Source: an uncultured Candidatus Bathyarchaeia archaeon (GTDB lineage: Archaea > Thermoproteota > Bathyarchaeia > RBG-16-48-13 > CAYPFQ01). Taken from it: a stretch of 64,000 nt of DNA. How positions within the stretch are numbered: the stretch's first letter is position 1; the number at the start of each line of letters is the position of its first letter. Below the pieces are notes generated by a model. That model saw only the letters and a program-made list of their open reading frames with translations. It did not search any database and was not told where the DNA came from. The stretch covers positions 3,332 to 67,331 of the forward strand of contig CAYYPV010000076.1 of NCBI GenBank assembly GCA_964473665.1, read 5' to 3'. The position numbers and the translations under genes are program-made. Positions 59,255 to 64,000 of the stretch are shown here, piece by piece.

Positions 59255-59779
59255 ATAATCATTATACCGATAGAAAAAGTAGATTCAATATTTCTTGAAA
59301 GAATCTGTGAAGGATTGAAAAAAACATTTACGACAGCTACATTCCAGCTTTCATCCAGCGAAATCAACATTCCAAAAAATGCTTACAATGCAGTACGTAA
59401 ACAGTACCACTCAACAACCATTCTAAATGAACTTTACAACAAAACTAAACATCTAGATGCGGACGCCGTTCTCGGCGTAACAAGAGTGGATCTCTACGTG
59501 CCACATTTAAATTTCGTGTTCGGCGAAGCGCAGTGCCCTGGGAAAGCAGCTTTAATATCATTACACAGATTAAGACCAGAATTCTACGGCCGTGAGCCAG
59601 ATCCTAACCTTTTTGAAGAAAGAGGAGTGAAAGAAGCTATACACGAACTTGGTCATGTATTCGGCCTTAACCACTGTAAGAACCCCACATGCATAATGTT
59701 CTTCTCTAACGGCATAAATGATACTGACTTCAAACAAGCAAAGTTTTGTGACAATTGCTCTAAAAAATTACGACTTTAA
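59255..59779 (+). CDS. amzA: Archaemetzincin (AmzA); likely non-canonical ATA/ATH start upstream of the ORF-track TTG at 59315
   Basis: HELGHVFGLNHC Zn site and a C-terminal CxxC pair. The in-frame upstream codons encode IIIIPIEKVDSIFLERICEGL, matching the conserved AmzA N-terminus (M.I.I.PIG.VD…). Confidence 0.75.
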   Translation: MIIIPIEKVDSIFLERICEGLKKTFTTATFQLSSSEINIPKNAYNAVRKQYHSTTILNELYNKTKHLDADAVLGVTRVDLYVPHLNFVFGEAQCPGKAALISLHRLRPEFYGREPDPNLFEERGVKEAIHELGHVFGLNHCKNPTCIMFFSNGINDTDFKQAKFCDNCSKKLRL

Positions 59780-59852
59780 TCTCGCCTATAAAACGCTCAA
59801 AAAGCATTAAGCTTTTAAAGACTTATCGATAAAAATTAACAAACAGGGATGT

Positions 59853-60812
59853 GTGAAGTTATTGTCGTTAAAACGTAACGTATTCTTCATTGTTCTCGCG
59901 CTATTTCTCATACTAATTTTCCTCCTCCCCACCGTCAGTTCAGGTTCAACCCAAGTGCAAGCGAGTTCAACCCAAACGCAAGCATTAACAGATCCTTATA
60001 CACCTGCGACAAACTACCTAAATTGTTCGCAATGTCACAGCCGATTTTTACCAGCAATACCCACCTTCACTGCGGCGACAACAATAAACATGACGCTTTG
60101 CCGTGCATGCCATGACACAGTAGACTTCGGCACTCTCACTACCAACTACACAATCGTCCACGCCAGTCATCTTGGGCTAATAGGCTCTGCGCGCCCCGCA
60201 GACGGTAGCCTCGGCAACGCATCTAAAATGCCTACTAGTGCAGCTAATTTGATCAATCCACCTACAACTAATATGAAGGACTGTGCAGCCTGTCACCGAA
60301 GCCTATCTGGGGGTTTACCGGGCTATAACTGCACAGCCTGTCATTCACCAGCACTCGCTGGGCACATCAAAGCGCTGGTTCAGCAAAACTGCAGCAATTG
60401 TCACGGTGTTTTGCCAAATGTAGCTACTCATAATGTGACAATTGCAAATGGGGTTCACAGCATTTTCGGAACCGTACCAGTCGCTTGTTTCGTTTGCCAC
60501 TACAATTCAACAACTGGTATAAGCGGCTTAAGGCTAGTCAACGGCACAGTAATTCCAATTAGCGAGCCTTCACTGTTATGCGCACAATGTCACTCAGATT
60601 ATTACCAACTTTGGCTTGAAGGGAAGCACGGTGATCCTACAAAACAATGCACGGATCCAAGTTGCCATGATCCCCATAACCCATATATCCCACCTGTTGT
60701 AGCTGTCGTGCCCGCACCCTCCGTTTGGACTTCTTGGTGGTTCCTACTCAGCGTAGCAATAATCATCGTAGTTATAATTGCAGTCGCCATCTATCTGATA
60801 AGAAGAAAATAA
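59853..60812 (+). CDS. Membrane-anchored heptaheme c-type cytochrome
   Basis: 319 aa with an N-terminal signal/TM and 7 CXXCH motifs (CSQCH, CRACH, CAACH, CTACH, CSNCH, CFVCH, CAQCH). About 9 NxS/T sequons. A C-terminal TM helix plus an RRK anchor. Confidence 0.8.
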   Translation: MKLLSLKRNVFFIVLALFLILIFLLPTVSSGSTQVQASSTQTQALTDPYTPATNYLNCSQCHSRFLPAIPTFTAATTINMTLCRACHDTVDFGTLTTNYTIVHASHLGLIGSARPADGSLGNASKMPTSAANLINPPTTNMKDCAACHRSLSGGLPGYNCTACHSPALAGHIKALVQQNCSNCHGVLPNVATHNVTIANGVHSIFGTVPVACFVCHYNSTTGISGLRLVNGTVIPISEPSLLCAQCHSDYYQLWLEGKHGDPTKQCTDPSCHDPHNPYIPPVVAVVPAPSVWTSWWFLLSVAIIIVVIIAVAIYLIRRK

Positions 60813-60815
60813 ACG

Positions 60816-61010
60816 CTATACTTCAGCGATCTCACATTTCAATCTCTTAATAACATCCTCAGCCTTAGCAGGATCCAGCTTCAAAACATACAGCCTTTTT
60901 GAAGTCCTCAACTTCAACTTGACATACTCCTTTGAACGTCTAATCCTGCAAGCTTCAGCATGCTCAGAAATTTCAACGAACTTTTCTACATCCGAAATAT
61001 CCTCAGGCAT
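60816..61010 (-). CDS. rpl38e: Ribosomal protein L38e (eL38)
   Basis: 64 aa. 'MPEDISDVEKFVEIS…AEACRIRRSKEYVKLKLRTSKRLYVLKLDPAKAEDV' parallels eukaryotic eL38 (MPRKIEEIKDFL…[26 protein letters not shown]). Confidence 0.65.
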   Translation of the reverse strand: MPEDISDVEKFVEISEHAEACRIRRSKEYVKLKLRTSKRLYVLKLDPAKAEDVIKRLKCEIAEV

Positions 61011-61077
61011 CTCGACAACCTCTTCAAAATATTATACAAATAAAGTAAAGCGTGTTTCTTAAAAACATATACAAAAA

Positions 61078-61153
61078 TGGGCCGGGCCGGATTTGAACCA
61101 GCGACCTACACTGTGTGAGAGTGTCATCCTAAACCAGACTAGACGACCGGCCC
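61078..61153 (-). tRNA. tRNA-Val (anticodon CAC)
   Basis: On the minus strand: GGGCCGG-TC-GTCT…GGAT-G-ACACT-CTCACAC-AGTGT-AGGTC-GCTGG-TTCAAAT-CCGGC-CCGGCCC-A. Confidence 0.85.
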
Positions 61154-61169
61154 TTACCATAAATAGCTT

Positions 61170-61352
61170 TTACTTCACACCGAGCTCTCGTTTTTTCCAG
61201 CGGAGATTTTTTCCCTTGCATCTTCTGCACTTAACAGCCGTTGTAGGATTTCTTGCTCCGCATGTACGGCATATTTTAACGTAAAGCCTATGCTGCTGCG
61301 CTATCTGCTTTTTGAACGGATCTGTTATGGGCATTTTTCCACATCTACTCAA
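61170..61352 (-). CDS. rpl40e: Ribosomal protein L40e
   Basis: 60 aa with '[29 protein letters not shown]', the L40e C4 motif. Confidence 0.85.
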   Translation of the reverse strand: MSRCGKMPITDPFKKQIAQQHRLYVKICRTCGARNPTTAVKCRRCKGKNLRWKKRELGVK

Positions 61353-61494
61353 ATTCTACTTAAGCATACTCTACAGCCTCAACAGTCACATAAATGGCTT
61401 TCCATCCCGAAATAACCACAATATATATTTATTTCAAGAAAAATTAGGAGTATCAGCAAATGATCAATTTGCAAATAAGGAGAGAAAGAGGAAC

Positions 61495-61770
61495 ATGGTT
61501 GAGCCAAACGCTGTATTAGTAGGTCGCAAACCAGTAATGATCTATGTATTCGCGTGCATGACCTTGATTCAGGAAGGCGTAAACGAAGTAAACGTAAAAG
61601 CAAGAGGCAGAGCAATAAGCAGAGCAGTGGACGTAGCCGAGATAGTTAAACGCAAATTCCAAGACGAAATTAAGGTTAAGGAAATTAAAATCGGCACAGA
61701 TCAAATTACGGATGAACAAACAAACTCTCCAACCAACGTCAGCACAATTGAGATAGTTCTAGCTAAGTAA
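61495..61770 (+). CDS. albA: Chromatin protein Alba
   Basis: From the ATG at 61495: '[45 protein letters not shown]' is the Alba signature. The ORF-track start at 61312 is an upstream extension. Confidence 0.85.
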   Translation: MVEPNAVLVGRKPVMIYVFACMTLIQEGVNEVNVKARGRAISRAVDVAEIVKRKFQDEIKVKEIKIGTDQITDEQTNSPTNVSTIEIVLAK

Positions 61771-61816
61771 GCATTGGCTCAGCACTTAATTCCTCTTCTC
61801 TCCGATCTTAAGAGAG

Positions 61817-62347
61817 GTGATTGAAGAGGTGAAAACTCCACTATGCAACTTCTGTCTGAAGAGTGGCGTGCTGTGCCCAAGCTGCGAAGAACGATTAAAG
61901 AGAGGAGAAATTAGCGAATTAGATGTGCGTATGGCAAAATTCCTCTTCAAGTTAGAAAATAAATACCCCTCGCTTTCAGATGTTCAGTTTTATAAAGCGG
62001 TAGAGGCTGATGGAGTGCTTGCAATTCTCGTTAATAGAAGCAGCATACCTAAAATGCTAAGTTATAGTGGAAAAATTGTCCACGAAATCTACAGCGAAAC
62101 AGGAAAAAGGGTTAGAGTTCTCGAACACAGCGGCGATGTCAGAAAATTTTTGGAAGACCTCTTCACACCCGCCAATATAATTACAATAAACAAAATATGG
62201 CTTCCAGGCGACAGCACAGAAACTCGTGTAATTCTATCTGAACGAGATATGCGAAGGCTGCCAGCGGACGTAGATACCTTAAAAGAGCTTGCAAAAAAGA
62301 TTCGTGGGATGACAATTAGAGTTGAATTTGAAAAGGAGAAAAGATAG
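61817..62347 (+). CDS. Hypothetical protein with N-terminal Zn ribbon (CNFC…CPSC) and a KH-like C-terminal region
   Basis: 176 aa. Its stop (TAG at 62345) directly abuts the aspS coding region. Confidence 0.35.
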   Translation: MIEEVKTPLCNFCLKSGVLCPSCEERLKRGEISELDVRMAKFLFKLENKYPSLSDVQFYKAVEADGVLAILVNRSSIPKMLSYSGKIVHEIYSETGKRVRVLEHSGDVRKFLEDLFTPANIITINKIWLPGDSTETRVILSERDMRRLPADVDTLKELAKKIRGMTIRVEFEKEKR

Positions 62348-62365
62348 AACCTGTCCACAGATAAA

Positions 62366-63670
62366 ATTGGAGACTGGCACCGTACCGCATATTCAACAGA
62401 CATAAATCCAAAACTTGACGGAGAAGAAGTAACATTATTCGGCTGGGTTCAAGAAATACGCGATCTCGGCGGAATCAGGTTCATAATCCTGCGAGATAAA
62501 AACGGTTTAGTTCAAGTTACCATATCACGCAAAACAACAAAGCCCATTTTAATTAAAAAAGCGGAAACCCTGCAAAGGGAATACGTGATAGGCGTCAGAG
62601 GAACTGTTAAGAAAATTGAAAAGGCCCCACGAGGCGCTGAAATAATTCCAACTGAAATAAAAATTCTCAATAACGTTCAACATCCCTTGCCACTCGATCC
62701 AACTGCATTAGCTCCCGCCGACCTTGATGTGCGTCTAAATTCAAGAATACTCGACCTACGCCGACCAGAGAGCCAAGCAATATTCCGAATTAAACATAGA
62801 ACCGTCAGTGCTGTACACGATTTCTTCGTAAGTAACGGTTATTTTGAGGTGCACACACCAAAAATAATTTCCTCGGCTACAGAAGGCGGGGCAGCCTTAT
62901 TTCCTATAGCTTACTATGAGAAAGAGGCTTTCCTTGCGCAGAGCCCACAGCTTTACAAGGAGCAGCTCACAAGCGCCTTTGAAAAAGTCTTCGAAATAGG
63001 ACCAATTTTCAGAGCTGAAGAGTCTCATACAACAAGACATCTCTCCGAGGTTATATCAATAGATATGGAAGAAGCCTTCACAAATGCTGAGGGAGTTATG
63101 AAAACCCTTGAAGAAATGATTGTTTACATCTTCAAAATTATAATAGAAAGTTGTGCTGAAGAATTAACTACGTTAAAACGGCAGATTGAGGTCCCAAAAA
63201 CCCCGTTTGCGAAATATACCTACGAAGACGTTCTTAAAGAGCTGCGAAAAAATAAAATCGCGATTAAATGGGGAGAGGACATAACCACAACTACTCTAAA
63301 AACCTTAAGCGAGCTTCACAGAGGGTTCTACTTCATAACCGAATGGCCAACGCAATCCAAACCTTTCTACATACAACCATGTGAAAACAATCCAAAGGTA
63401 TGCGAGGCATTCGACTTAATGCACAGCTGGATTGAAGTGTCGTCAGGCGGAACACGCGTTCACTCCAAAAATTTGCTGATAAAAAGAATCAAAGAGCAAG
63501 GATTAGAACCACAATCATTCGAATACCACATAAAAGCATTCGAATACGGAATGCCTCCGCACGCTGGCTGGGCTGTCGGGTTAGACCGCCTAATTATGGT
63601 CATAACCGGAAAAGAAAACATACGTGAGGTTGTCCTATTTCCCCGTGATCAGTTCAGGCTTACTCCATAG
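62366..63670 (+). CDS. aspS: Aspartyl-tRNA synthetase (archaeal/eukaryal type); probable AUU start
   Basis: The conserved N-terminal anticodon-binding region (GDWHRTAYS…VTLFGWVQEIRDLGGIRFIILRDKNGLVQV) is encoded in frame upstream of the ORF-track GTG at 62585. Class II motifs follow. Only ATT (62366) or CTG (62351) lie between the in-frame stop at 62345 and the conserved region. Confidence 0.9.
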   Translation: MGDWHRTAYSTDINPKLDGEEVTLFGWVQEIRDLGGIRFIILRDKNGLVQVTISRKTTKPILIKKAETLQREYVIGVRGTVKKIEKAPRGAEIIPTEIKILNNVQHPLPLDPTALAPADLDVRLNSRILDLRRPESQAIFRIKHRTVSAVHDFFVSNGYFEVHTPKIISSATEGGAALFPIAYYEKEAFLAQSPQLYKEQLTSAFEKVFEIGPIFRAEESHTTRHLSEVISIDMEEAFTNAEGVMKTLEEMIVYIFKIIIESCAEELTTLKRQIEVPKTPFAKYTYEDVLKELRKNKIAIKWGEDITTTTLKTLSELHRGFYFITEWPTQSKPFYIQPCENNPKVCEAFDLMHSWIEVSSGGTRVHSKNLLIKRIKEQGLEPQSFEYHIKAFEYGMPPHAGWAVGLDRLIMVITGKENIREVVLFPRDQFRLTP

Positions 63671-63673
63671 TAG

Positions 63674-63985
63674 CTAAAGCAAATGTAATTTTCCCGTTAT
63701 TCTATCGATAAGCCCTACAGGAGCTGGACCTACACCTAAACATGTTACAGTACCGGGTGGAAGTTCAGTTAATCCTCTATCCTCAATTAACGCGGTGGGT
63801 AATTTAGCTATTTTCGCCTCTTCCTCTATCTCCATTAACTCCGACTCATTTTTCACTTTAACCGCCACTTTACACTGTCCTTCGTCCATCCAGTTTCTCC
63901 ACCAATTTTTTTGCTGTCTCTTTGTTTCCTCAGCAGACGTAACAGCTGCATGAGCCACTTGCGCCGCAATTTTTCCAACGCTCAT
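63674..63985 (-). CDS. pth2: Peptidyl-tRNA hydrolase Pth2 (N-terminus probably beyond or near the window end)
   Basis: 'GKIAAQVAHAAV…LPPGTVTCLGVGPAPVGLIDRITGKLHLL' is the Pth2 signature. Confidence 0.8.
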   Translation of the reverse strand: MSVGKIAAQVAHAAVTSAEETKRQQKNWWRNWMDEGQCKVAVKVKNESELMEIEEEAKIAKLPTALIEDRGLTELPPGTVTCLGVGPAPVGLIDRITGKLHLL

Positions 63986-64000
63986 TTTGAGATCTGCTCT

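Noticed and set aside
1-64000. CRISPR arrays, transposases, integrases, prophage or other mobile-element signatures
   Set aside because: No regularly spaced direct repeats, no IS-like terminal inverted repeats, and no transposase, integrase or cas-like ORFs were seen. The window looks like stable chromosomal core.

Overview
This window is archaeal chromosomal core, about 40% GC and almost entirely coding, with no mobile elements, CRISPR arrays or rRNA. It carries the classic archaeal information-processing clusters. Unsplit rpoB and unsplit rpoA, eL38/L40e/Alba and intron-rich tRNAs point to a TACK/Thaumarchaeota-like lineage. The rpo/ribosomal cluster runs rpoH–rpoB–rpoA–L30e–NusA–(S12)–S7–EF-1alpha–S10, and a second conserved cluster runs L21e–RpoF–DUF655–KsgA. 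Further clusters are L10e–METTL5-like methyltransferase–Csl4–RpoL–RNase III-like–DUF99–TFS, a replisome cluster PCNA–hypothetical–PriL–PriS–Gins51–L44e–S27e–aIF2alpha–Nop10, and aIF5A with deoxyhypusine synthase. Single genes include aRF1, UMP kinase, SRP54, PEP synthase, ATP-PEPCK, NAD kinase, Nob1, MoaE, AglB oligosaccharyltransferase, RtcB plus archease, arcTGT, a beta-CASP RNase, archaemetzincin, AspRS, Pth2 and an Ogg-like glycosylase. There are eight tRNA genes (Leu-CAA, Arg-TCG, Asp-GTC, Lys-TTT, Ser-TGA, Val-CAC, one of unresolved identity on the minus strand). Several have introns at non-canonical positions or multiple introns. Four are clustered in a tRNA island at 29.6–31.6 kb. The most unusual items are: (1) a membrane-anchored heptaheme c-type cytochrome (7 CXXCH) rich in N-glycosylation sequons, beside an archaemetzincin; (2) four PAC2/PbaA-PbaB-family proteasome-chaperone-like paralogs in 50 kb, three of them with HbYX-like C-termini; (3) multi-intron tRNAs next to the archease/RtcB ligase locus; (4) conserved genes whose only plausible starts are AUU/AUA or absent (aspS, archaemetzincin, rps12); (5) a bacterial-type single-domain RNase III-like protein inside an RNA-processing neighbourhood. 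All calls rest on reading the translated ORFs and the sequence by eye; no database search was possible.
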